Positions 27,094 through 35,882 of a stretch of 47,045 nucleotides of DNA are shown piece after piece. The notes under the pieces were generated by a model, which saw nothing but the letters and a program-made list of their open reading frames with translations, had not been told where the DNA came from and did not search any database. The position numbers and the translations under genes were made by a program. The stretch lies in sequence record SRR22947725_2658; one strand, given 5' to 3'. Position 1 is the stretch's first letter; each line of letters begins with the position of its first letter.

Positions 27094-28160
27094 ATTTTTT
27101 GCGCACCTCTGTCGCATGATTTTTTGCCATTGTTTGTATCCTGAATATTTCCCCATTCACACCATCTTGGCCACGCTGGTTTGCTGAGTTGTTTTCGCAT
27201 TTTATTCAGGATGGTTTCCAAAAGTGCATCGTCAGCTTCGGCAACAGCAGCCTCCAGCTTCAATGAAACAATTCGCCCAACGACAGCATTTGGCATGGAA
27301 TTGGCACTTGCTCTTCGCACTTCAGGAAAACTTTCAGCCACCGATTCAATTTCATCCAGGGACACCTTCTCGCCGCCAATGTTCATGATTCTGTCAAGCC
27401 TTCCCACCGGTCTGAAGTGATCCATTCGGATTTCGCAAAGGTCATGAGTGGGAATCCATTGCCCTTGTCTTTTCAAGAAGAGCTGATTGTCTGCAAACTT
27501 GAAATCATCAAACCGTTTTTGAATGGATGTAAGAGGATACCACCCATCATGCCGAGTTGTTTTTGCGATCACTCCTGCCTCTGCCGAGCCGTAAATCAAG
27601 GTGATTCGACTCGAGGGATACGCCGATTGGATGCGCGTTCCAGTAGATGCATGCAAGATTTCGCCTCCGATGCTGATTTGCCGAGGAGACCAATCTGTTG
27701 ATTTCGAGCTTTTTCTGGACTGTATGAGCAGGTCGATAAATGTAGGAGTTACAGAAAGGGCCTGTGGTTTATCCTGTTGCAGAATAGAATGATTTATTTG
27801 CCAATCATGACCTAGACTCAATACCTTGCCTCCAGAAATATGGGCCTGACATGCGAGATGGACTCCAGCGAAGGACCAGGGCTGAAAGCAGGTTGCCCAT
27901 GTCCACCCTGTGGCATTTGAGTATTTCGAGCAGTTGGAATGCAGCGCTTTAAGATTCCACCAAATCAATTTCGGTTTACCTGTTGAACCAGAAGAATAAA
28001 CCCCTAGAAACCCTTCCCCCGGAGGTGCAGGAATTTTTTTCTCGGAGTTCAGTCGGGGAGGATGGATGACAAACGCATTGGCTTTCTTGCCAGAACTGAG
28101 CCAATGCGCAAGATCTTCATATCCTGTCCCGATTTGCATTTTAATTAAGTCTCCTGCCAT
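27090..28160 (-). CDS. Short AMP-binding (ANL superfamily) acyl-adenylate-forming enzyme
   Basis: YSSGSTGKPK P-loop, GGE, YGSAEAG, THD, GRLDRIMNIGGEKV, NGK; only 356 aa, with an in-frame stop five codons upstream of the start. Confidence 0.85.
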   Translation of the reverse strand: MAGDLIKMQIGTGYEDLAHWLSSGKKANAFVIHPPRLNSEKKIPAPPGEGFLGVYSSGSTGKPKLIWWNLKALHSNCSKYSNATGWTWATCFQPWSFAGVHLACQAHISGGKVLSLGHDWQINHSILQQDKPQALSVTPTFIDLLIQSRKSSKSTDWSPRQISIGGEILHASTGTRIQSAYPSSRITLIYGSAEAGVIAKTTRHDGWYPLTSIQKRFDDFKFADNQLFLKRQGQWIPTHDLCEIRMDHFRPVGRLDRIMNIGGEKVSLDEIESVAESFPEVRRASANSMPNAVVGRIVSLKLEAAVAEADDALLETILNKMRKQLSKPAWPRWCEWGNIQDTNNGKKSCDRGAQKI

Positions 28161-28247
28161 CCAATGAATGGGATATCATCGAAGGGTGAACGGTGCTTAA
28201 ACCTTGAAAATCGCTTCTTCAGTAGTTGCCTGATGCCAGGGCACTCT

Positions 28248-30182
28248 TCAACGTCTCAATGATGTTGGGATGGGAGACATGGATTTTAAATTGAGCATGC
28301 TGTCATCACTACTGTTTCCAGATACGTTGAAGTGAAAGTATTTTTTCACCTGATCAAATCGAGGCAGTTTTTTGAAATCCATGAATCTTTCCAATGCGTC
28401 TTCAGGTGCAGAACCACCTGTCAATCCTGAGTCGATTCCCATTCCCATCAAACCAGAGAAGAGAGACTCTGGATTCTCTCGCAAGTTTTCGTAAATGAGC
28501 CCCACTGATGATTCCAAACTCTGGTAATAGACATACCCTGATTTGAATCCACCGACGGCATTCACGGCCTGCTGAAATTCAGGTTTCGATTTCAATGGGC
28601 GTCCTGGTCCCTTGGCTGATCGCAGGTAAGATTCAAGCATCGATTCGTTTGTGCTGAAAGCGACATACATGCCGCTTGCTACGAAATGGAGTCCCATCGT
28701 TTCCATTGCCACTGAAGCTGCTCCAGGTGCTGCTGCAGCACCACTGGGGACGTTAATTGAGTAAACAGTCCGCCCAAGAAAAGACCGCTCCTTCAGAACG
28801 CCATTCCCCCCTGGTAAGAGTCCACTTGCGGCAATAAATGCCTTTACCAAAGGCTCTGGATTGGGGCTTCCAACAAGGATAATCTCAGGAGGATTAATCA
28901 TGTCATCCATTTCAGTTGATTTGGGAGGCCACTGCGCCACGATGAAATCGTCTCCCAAGTTGTCAATAAGGTTTCTTCGGAAATCGAAATTTGGATCACG
29001 GTCTTTCCCAAGCAGTCCCATGGTCATTTGTAGGATCCCGGACAGTTGTGGCGAAATTTCGCCCAACATTTTTTCGAGTTTTTCCCAGGTTTTTCGAGCG
29101 TCAAACCTAACGCGTTGAAACGCGACCACATCGTCTGTAACAAAAGCAGGAGGGGATGCATCTTTGGGTTCAAACTCAATTAAGTTCAGCAACCCCTTGC
29201 GTTTGCTCTTGGGAGCCTGCACCGTCAAGTTAAAGGCTGTTCCTTCAGGTGTGGAACCCCAGGCAAAGCCGAGTCCTTGTATGGCCTCCAGTCCTAGTGC
29301 GCTGAGGATGATTTCGGGTTTTGGCATGAGCATCGACATTGGGTTTGTCGATTCTCCTGCTTGCGTGCTGGCTGTACTTTCTTTTACTAATTTCTGAATC
29401 AATGCATAGACAGACTCGAATTGAACCCATCCATAACCTTCGGTATTTCTAAAAAGTTTTTGATGGATTTGGTTGAAATTGGCTTTACTGGAGATGGATT
29501 TACCGCTACCCCCGCTGAGTTTCTGGACTGTTTGCTCCAGATGCCGGACAGAAGTACCAGCCAGAAACACTGAATCGCTTTGTCCGAATATGATTTCCAT
29601 ATTGTTCTCAGGACTGTCTTCCGAAAAGTTTTCGAGTTGAGGGAAGCTCATCTTCATCTCTGCTCTATGAAACGTAAGGTTTTGGATCTGGACAGGTTTC
29701 AGTGGATTACCGGATTCCTGAAATTTAGCCTGAGTCCTGTTCATTAACTCTGTCAATTTCTCGGCTTGTGCACCCGTGTCGAGTGCAGCCAGGAGTCCGA
29801 CCCCACCAGAGTTGTCAGGCAAGGGAATGATGGCAAAGGTAGCCTGTCCCTTGAGGAGTTCGGTTAGTTCGCTTAACTTGAAGCCAGCGTTTTCCTCAAG
29901 TCCGCTGATTACCAGTTCCTGAAATGACTTTTCTGCATTTTCCCTGAAAGGTGCCATGGCTGGATCATTCCAGAATTGCATGTATAGATTATTATTCCAG
30001 GATTCCTTGGCCGCTCCGTAATTGGGTAGTGTGATTATTGCAAGAGCGTCTTCCGGAAGCCAATCCTCAGGTGATGGGGGGGGTGCAGCCCATGAATAAA
30101 TAATGTTTTGTGCCAGAAGTGCGGTCAAGGAAAGAGCCAGTGAGACCCTTGTTACAATACTTTTTTTTAATGATTCGATCAT
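28248..30182 (-). CDS. Exported hypothetical protein (PVC-type, possibly DUF3352-like)
   Basis: 644-aa ORF with signal peptide followed by AAPPPSPEDWLPEDAL; no catalytic motif recognised. Confidence 0.75.
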   Translation of the reverse strand: MIESLKKSIVTRVSLALSLTALLAQNIIYSWAAPPPSPEDWLPEDALAIITLPNYGAAKESWNNNLYMQFWNDPAMAPFRENAEKSFQELVISGLEENAGFKLSELTELLKGQATFAIIPLPDNSGGVGLLAALDTGAQAEKLTELMNRTQAKFQESGNPLKPVQIQNLTFHRAEMKMSFPQLENFSEDSPENNMEIIFGQSDSVFLAGTSVRHLEQTVQKLSGGSGKSISSKANFNQIHQKLFRNTEGYGWVQFESVYALIQKLVKESTASTQAGESTNPMSMLMPKPEIILSALGLEAIQGLGFAWGSTPEGTAFNLTVQAPKSKRKGLLNLIEFEPKDASPPAFVTDDVVAFQRVRFDARKTWEKLEKMLGEISPQLSGILQMTMGLLGKDRDPNFDFRRNLIDNLGDDFIVAQWPPKSTEMDDMINPPEIILVGSPNPEPLVKAFIAASGLLPGGNGVLKERSFLGRTVYSINVPSGAAAAPGAASVAMETMGLHFVASGMYVAFSTNESMLESYLRSAKGPGRPLKSKPEFQQAVNAVGGFKSGYVYYQSLESSVGLIYENLRENPESLFSGLMGMGIDSGLTGGSAPEDALERFMDFKKLPRFDQVKKYFHFNVSGNSSDDSMLNLKSMSPIPTSLRR

Positions 30183-30237
30183 CGATAGATACTTTAGTTT
30201 GATTTTAGTCTGCCGAGTTCTTTACTCCATCTCAAGA

Positions 30238-31230
30238 TCAGTCCTGAGACCGTTTGATATTCATAATCTGTGGTGCGGGCAGATAGCGAAATGGACTACT
30301 TGGGTTCTGGTGATTGTATGCGTAAGCCTCACGATTGTTTAAGAAGTATTTCAAGCGATCCACCGGGATTGCAAAACCGAGCCCTTCGCTGTAATTGAGT
30401 TTCATGTTTGTCACTCCTATGACCTCTCCTTTTCGATTGAAAAGCGGCCCACCGCTGTTTCCTGGATTGATTTGCGTGGAGGTTTGAAGGAAAAGTCGTC
30501 CTTCGAACTCCCTTGTTTTCGTGCTCACAATCCCCTCTGTCACCGTGCGTTCCAGTCCAAGTGGACTTCCGATTGCAAATGCGGGTTGCCCAACTTTAAT
30601 CGTACTCATACGGGCCAGTTTCACATAAGGGAACCTTGTGTTTTCATCCTTCTCGTTCTCCAACTTTAACAATGCCAGATCCGCAAATTTATCCAATGCA
30701 ACCGTGCGTGTTCTGTCAAATGCTGCGCGCTTCAATGCACCTTTCTCTTCTTGATACACCTCGATGGTAATTTCTGTTTCACTTTCAATCACATGATAGT
30801 TGGTGATCAAATAGCCTTCCGGATGAATAATGAAGCCTGATCCCAATCCCGAGGGTGTTCGAACCTGCACTACTGCCGGGCCAAGTTGTTTGCTCAAAGC
30901 AACAACGGACTGGTCCTGAAGTTCTTTATCGGACTCTAAATAGAGTCCTGACCCGTGCATGGTTTGATCGAAGTCTGTTTTCGGAATTTCGCTGTTCAAA
31001 TCTCTCTCAAGAGGCCCTTTCTTCACCCGCTCTATTTCCGATCGTGGAATCAATAACACAGTGTATCCAACATCCAGAACCAACTGATCTCTTTTTTCGG
31101 CAAGCAGATTGCCTTCAAGGGCGGACCCGCTTTTGAGTTTTACCTCGACATGGGCAGCGCTGCATAGCTGCCATTGGAGGTAGAGGCTTATGAGCAGGGT
31201 AATTCGCAGAATCCGGTTTGAGCGTCTCAT
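30238..31230 (-). CDS. Trypsin-like serine protease (S1C/HtrA-like) lacking PDZ domains
   Basis: GSGFII...ITNYHV (His), DLALL (Asp), INPGNSGGPL (Ser); signal peptide and a small N-terminal beta domain (VKLKSG..LEG.L). Confidence 0.92.
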   Translation of the reverse strand: MRRSNRILRITLLISLYLQWQLCSAAHVEVKLKSGSALEGNLLAEKRDQLVLDVGYTVLLIPRSEIERVKKGPLERDLNSEIPKTDFDQTMHGSGLYLESDKELQDQSVVALSKQLGPAVVQVRTPSGLGSGFIIHPEGYLITNYHVIESETEITIEVYQEEKGALKRAAFDRTRTVALDKFADLALLKLENEKDENTRFPYVKLARMSTIKVGQPAFAIGSPLGLERTVTEGIVSTKTREFEGRLFLQTSTQINPGNSGGPLFNRKGEVIGVTNMKLNYSEGLGFAIPVDRLKYFLNNREAYAYNHQNPSSPFRYLPAPQIMNIKRSQD

Positions 31231-31580
31231 TTGAAGAATTGCTGAATGCCTACGTAAATCATCAGGGCAGCGAAGCCTTTACGAATGTATGCTGGTTCAA
31301 TGTGTTGCGTGAGCCAAGCTCCGGCATAACCGCCTGCTACTGCCATGGGGGCGACAGACATAACCACTTTCCAATCAATATTGCCCTGATGGAAATGCTT
31401 GCTCGCGCCCATCAGTGCGGTTGGTATGATGATGGCCAATGATGAACCAATGGCTGTCTTGATCGGAAGGTTCAAGAAATAAGTCAAAGCCGGCACGATA
31501 ATTATCCCACCCCCTACGCCGAATAATCCGCTGATTACACCACTTACGGCGCCCGTCAAACTGAAAACTAAAATTTGCAT
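31227..31580 (-). CDS. TauE/SafE family sulfite exporter, half-size
   Basis: SGLFGVGGGIIIVPAL, AIGSSLA, GNIDW; about 117 aa from likely start 31580; ATGA overlap with the protease gene. Confidence 0.88.
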   Translation of the reverse strand: MQILVFSLTGAVSGVISGLFGVGGGIIIVPALTYFLNLPIKTAIGSSLAIIIPTALMGASKHFHQGNIDWKVVMSVAPMAVAGGYAGAWLTQHIEPAYIRKGFAALMIYVGIQQFFK

Positions 31581-31666
31581 CAATAAACAACAATTATGCG
31601 AAAATTCAGGTTTCCTCAATCTTTTTCCTGTTCCTTAAAACCCCACTTTCATGTAAGAAAAAGGAT

Positions 31667-32275
31667 ATGCAAAAGCTGAAACTTCAGTATCGGACTTGGG
31701 ACGAAAAAGAGCGTATCATTCATCTTGGACCAGGTGAACACCGCATTGGTCGCATAGCTGATAATGATGTGGTGATCGATGAGTTGGCGGTTTCTGAGCA
31801 TCATTGTGTGATTACCATAGATCACAATGGTAATCATATCGCGGATGTGGATTCGATGCATGGAACTTTTCTCGATGGTGCATTTGTGCAATCGAGTCCA
31901 TTGAAACCTGGCCAGACTCTCAATCTGGGGACCCTAATGATCTCGGTCATGGAAGATAAAGCAGTGACTGAACAAGGTGGCTCTTCGCAACGATCAGAAT
32001 CGCTCCCCCTGAAAGATGGGAGTTACAGTTGTCTGAAACATCAGAACCAAAGAGCAGGATTTGAATGTCCGTCGTGTCATTACCTTTTTTGTAATTCTTG
32101 TTTGCCGAGTGAGTCAGCATCTTCTTTATGCCCTCAATGTGGTGCAGGCGCGGATGTCATTGACTGGTCAGGAATTGAGATGACTCCGAGAGATGCGGCT
32201 CTTGATCTCATGCCGGATAATTTGAAGAAAGCTTGGGGTTACTGGCAGAAATGGAAAGCTCATCGAGACGAATAG
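31667..32275 (+). CDS. FHA domain protein with C-terminal B-box-like zinc finger
   Basis: IGRIADNDVVI...VSEHHC...DSMHGTFLDG...L.PG..L.LG (FHA); CLKH-x8-CPSC-x4-CNSC-x10-CPQC. Confidence 0.85.
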   Translation: MQKLKLQYRTWDEKERIIHLGPGEHRIGRIADNDVVIDELAVSEHHCVITIDHNGNHIADVDSMHGTFLDGAFVQSSPLKPGQTLNLGTLMISVMEDKAVTEQGGSSQRSESLPLKDGSYSCLKHQNQRAGFECPSCHYLFCNSCLPSESASSLCPQCGAGADVIDWSGIEMTPRDAALDLMPDNLKKAWGYWQKWKAHRDE

Positions 32276-32387
32276 CCATCAAAACTGCAGGTATTTTTCC
32301 TATTTCCTGCTTGTCCTCAGAAACCTTTAGGCTCAAATCTGTTCAGTCAGTATTTTACAGTAAAACTATTTCAAAAAAGGAACAACA

Positions 32388-33785
32388 ATGGCGGAGGAGA
32401 AGCAGTTTGATTTGACGGTGATTGGGAGTGGGCCGGGTGGTTATGTGGCCTCTATTCGTGCGGCTCAGCTCGGTCTGAACGTGGCCTGTATTGAGAAGGC
32501 GCCTTCTCTTGGTGGAACCTGTTTGCGTGTCGGCTGTATTCCAAGCAAAGCTTTATTGGAATCGAGTGCTCATTTCATGTTCGCTGGCAAGCAGCTTGCT
32601 CAACACGGAGTGGTGGTGGAGAGCCCAAAGCTCGATCTAAACCGCATGATGAAGCGCAAGCAGCAAACCGTCAATATGCTTGGAAAAGGGGTCGAAACGC
32701 TTTTCAAAAAGAATAAAGTAGAATTGATATGCGGCACTGCACGCATCCTTGGATCAGGGTCGCTGGAAGTAGAATCAGCTGACAACACCTCAACCCTCGT
32801 TCATTCAAAGCATATTCTCATCGCGACCGGGAGTCAGCCCGTTTCATTGCCCAGCGTACCCTTTGATGGAGAGCGAATTGTTTCCAGTGCAGAGGCATTG
32901 TCCTTCGAAAATGTACCAGAACACCTGGTAGTCATAGGCGGTGGGTATATCGGGCTTGAACTGGGGTCTGTTTGGAAGCGCCTGGGGAGTCGAGTGACCG
33001 TATTAGAGATGCGTCCGCAAATTTTTCCAGGTATGGATGGCGAAACCGCTCTGGAAGCTCAGCGGATTCTTCACCGACAAGGTCTGGAGTTCCAATTTGG
33101 AAAAAAAGTGGCATCAGCAATGCGTAACGGGGATCAATGTCAAATAGCATTGGAAGGTGGTGAGACAATTGAGTGCAGTCATATTTTGGTGGCAGTCGGT
33201 CGCAAGCCCTTCCTAGAAGGATTAGGATTGGACTCTATAGGCGTTCAGCTTGATTCGGAAGGTAAGGTTCAAGTGAGCAAAGGATTTGAAACGAATATAC
33301 CCGGTATTTACGCATTGGGTGATCTTGTGTCTGGCCCGATGCTGGCTCACAAAGCCGAAGAAGAAGCAGTTGCCTTTGCTGAGACATTATGTGGCGAAAC
33401 CCGCTCCGTAGATTATCAACATATTCCCTCGGTGGTCTACACCCACCCTGAGCTGGCAATGGTCGGAGCAACAGAGGAATCTCTCAAAGAAGCTTCGACT
33501 GCGTATCGCAAAGGTGTATTTCATTTCCGGGCGAACGGAAGGGCTCGAGCCTCAGGGGCAGTTGATGGCTGGGTGAAAATGCTTGCTGATGAGGCATCTG
33601 ATCAGATCCTGGGCGTTCATATACTGGGTGAAAATGCCGGGGAGCTCATCCATGAAATTGTCGTAGCTATGAAATTCAAAGCTACGAGTCAGGACCTTGC
33701 CCGAATTTGTCATGCTCATCCTACCTTCTCTGAAACAGTGAAGGAATCAGCCCTGGCTGTCAGCGATCGTACGATTCACTCCTAG
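32388..33785 (+). CDS. lpdA: Dihydrolipoyl dehydrogenase (E3)
   Basis: IGSGPGGYVASIRAAQLG, GGTCLRVGCIPSK, GGGYIGLELGS, MLAHKAEEE, HAHPTFSE. Confidence 0.97.
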   Translation: MAEEKQFDLTVIGSGPGGYVASIRAAQLGLNVACIEKAPSLGGTCLRVGCIPSKALLESSAHFMFAGKQLAQHGVVVESPKLDLNRMMKRKQQTVNMLGKGVETLFKKNKVELICGTARILGSGSLEVESADNTSTLVHSKHILIATGSQPVSLPSVPFDGERIVSSAEALSFENVPEHLVVIGGGYIGLELGSVWKRLGSRVTVLEMRPQIFPGMDGETALEAQRILHRQGLEFQFGKKVASAMRNGDQCQIALEGGETIECSHILVAVGRKPFLEGLGLDSIGVQLDSEGKVQVSKGFETNIPGIYALGDLVSGPMLAHKAEEEAVAFAETLCGETRSVDYQHIPSVVYTHPELAMVGATEESLKEASTAYRKGVFHFRANGRARASGAVDGWVKMLADEASDQILGVHILGENAGELIHEIVVAMKFKATSQDLARICHAHPTFSETVKESALAVSDRTIHS

Positions 33786-33801
33786 TAAGCGTTGAATTAT
33801 A

Positions 33802-33829
33802 TTGCCCGCAGGGCTCAGGGGCTTAACCT
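33802..33829 (+). promoter_or_regulatory. Putative sigma70-type promoter for the SLC13 permease
   Basis: TTGCCC (33802-33807), 16 bp spacer, TAACCT (33824-33829), 12 bp before ATG 33842. Confidence 0.3.
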
Positions 33830-33841
33830 TGCTCGCTTCTT

Positions 33842-35626
33842 ATGACGCTGGAAATGATCATGGTATTTGCCCTTATGGGGGTTGTGTTCATTGCGATGAT
33901 GATGGAACGGCTGCGTTCAGATGTCATCGCAGTGGGGGCCATGGTCGTGTTGGTTTTCACGGGGCTGCTGACACCTCAAGAGCTTTTTGCTGTATTCAGT
34001 AATCAAGCGGTTATTGCGGTGGCTTGCATGTTTGTTCTAAGCGCGGCTCTGGAGCGCACCGGTGTGATCGATCGCGTTGGAATCTGGATCAACGGATTTG
34101 TCGGGCACACGGAATTGGCGGTCAGTTTGACCTTACTACCACTCGTGGCCCTTCTATCCGCCTTTGTAAATAACACTCCAGTGGTTCTGGTATTCATGCC
34201 TATGGTTATCGGGCTTGCAGCGCGTCGAAATATCAAACCTTCCAAATTACTCATACCATTGTCGTTTGCTTCTATCCTTGGAGGTTGTTGCACATTAATA
34301 GGTACCTCAACCAATATACTTGTCAGTTCAACTGCGCATAGCCTGGGCGAGTCTGCCTTGGGGATGTTTGATTTAACCGGAGTAGGGTTGATTCTCTCTT
34401 TAGTGGGGATGGTTTATCTTTGGACTATGGGCCGGAAGTTGCTGCCTGAGCGTGAAACTCTTTCCTCGATCCTCCAGACGACTGAAAACAAACAGTTTTT
34501 TACGGAGGCAATCATCATACCAAGTTCGCCTTTAATTGGCAAAAAACTGAAGGATTCACCTTTGAAATCCATCCCGAAGGCGCGCATTTTAGAAGTGATT
34601 CGAGGGGATGAATTGATTGGTGTGCCACTTGATCAGGTAGAATTTCAAGCCGGTGATCGTGTGCGTTTGAGTACCGTTTTTTCCTCTGTGATTGAACTTA
34701 AGAATCTTTCCGGACTTGAAATTCAAAAAGGTGAGGAAGAAATGGGGCTGGAATGGGTGGGGACACAAAAAGCTGTTATTGTAGAATGTGTCATAAGCCC
34801 CAGATCCTCGCTTACTGGTAAGTCTATTCAAAAAGGGGACTTACGCCGGTTGTTTGGCGTCTTGGTCCTTGCGGTTCATCGCCACGGCGTCAACTTGAGA
34901 AGTAAATTTGAAACCACTATTCTTCAGTATGGTGACACCTTGCTGCTGGAAGGTACTGAAAATTCGATGAAGCGTCTGCGTGATTCCAGAGATGTCATCG
35001 TATTGACGGATGAACCCAGACAGGTGCCTCGACGGAGCAAGCAGTGGATTGCGGCCGGTACAATTTTGTTGATGATCATTGCGGGCACATTTTCAAGCAT
35101 GCCAATAGCCACTCTTGCTTTTGCTGGCGCGTTGATTGTTGTCGTGGCTGGATGTCTTGAAATGGATGAAGCTTATCGTGCAGTGGATTGGCGCATTCTT
35201 TTTCTTATTTTCGGAATGCTTGGTTTAGGAGCTGCCCTGGAAAAAACGTCAGGAATTGATTGGCTTGCCAGTCATCTGATTTCAGTCCTGGGAGGGAATC
35301 AACCTGTTGTTGTCATTTCCGGTATTGTTCTGCTTACCTCTTTATTAACAACCTTTTTATCGAACAATGCTGTCGCAGTTGTGATGACACCCATTGTCCT
35401 GGAGATGGCACATCACCTCGAATTATCAACTAAACCATTCTTGATTGCGGTGGCCATTGGCGCTTCTGCCTGTTTTGCATCGCCTGTGGGTTATCAGACA
35501 AATGCGTTGGTTTACAGTGCGGGTGGATATAAATTCAGTGACTTTGTAAAAGTCGGATTGCCTTTGAACCTTTTGATCTGGCTAGTGGCCTCTCTGGTGA
35601 TACCCTGGCTATGGCCGCTAAAATGA
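33842..35626 (+). CDS. SLC13/DASS family permease with two TrkA-C domains
   Basis: SAFVNNTPVV, LGG.CTLIGTSTN, two S.L.GK TrkA-C repeats, FLSNNA, SPVGYQTN, GGYKFSDF.KVG.PL. Confidence 0.92.
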   Translation: MTLEMIMVFALMGVVFIAMMMERLRSDVIAVGAMVVLVFTGLLTPQELFAVFSNQAVIAVACMFVLSAALERTGVIDRVGIWINGFVGHTELAVSLTLLPLVALLSAFVNNTPVVLVFMPMVIGLAARRNIKPSKLLIPLSFASILGGCCTLIGTSTNILVSSTAHSLGESALGMFDLTGVGLILSLVGMVYLWTMGRKLLPERETLSSILQTTENKQFFTEAIIIPSSPLIGKKLKDSPLKSIPKARILEVIRGDELIGVPLDQVEFQAGDRVRLSTVFSSVIELKNLSGLEIQKGEEEMGLEWVGTQKAVIVECVISPRSSLTGKSIQKGDLRRLFGVLVLAVHRHGVNLRSKFETTILQYGDTLLLEGTENSMKRLRDSRDVIVLTDEPRQVPRRSKQWIAAGTILLMIIAGTFSSMPIATLAFAGALIVVVAGCLEMDEAYRAVDWRILFLIFGMLGLGAALEKTSGIDWLASHLISVLGGNQPVVVISGIVLLTSLLTTFLSNNAVAVVMTPIVLEMAHHLELSTKPFLIAVAIGASACFASPVGYQTNALVYSAGGYKFSDFVKVGLPLNLLIWLVASLVIPWLWPLK

Positions 35627-35647
35627 AAACCCTTTGGGTTGACTGAC

Positions 35648-35854
35648 TCAGCCTCCTGCTACAATCCTGACGATTTCAAGGCAGTCTCCTTCCTTCACTA
35701 TATGGCTTTTAAACTCAGAAGGGGACACTGCTTCGCCATTCAACTCGATAACCACAGACTTTGGCAGAAAACCCTGGTCTTCAAGAAATTGGTCCAAAGG
35801 GCAGGGGACAGAATCTAAATCCAGTCTTTCTCCGTTAGCGATAACTTGAGGCAT
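35648..35854 (-). CDS. thiS: Sulfur carrier protein ThiS
   Basis: 68 aa ubiquitin-like; ANGE, VVIELNGE, EGD.LEIV..VAGG C-terminal di-glycine; directly after thiH. Confidence 0.93.
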   Translation of the reverse strand: MPQVIANGERLDLDSVPCPLDQFLEDQGFLPKSVVIELNGEAVSPSEFKSHIVKEGDCLEIVRIVAGG

Positions 35855-35882
35855 GATCTATAAAAAATGTCTTCGAGGGTCT

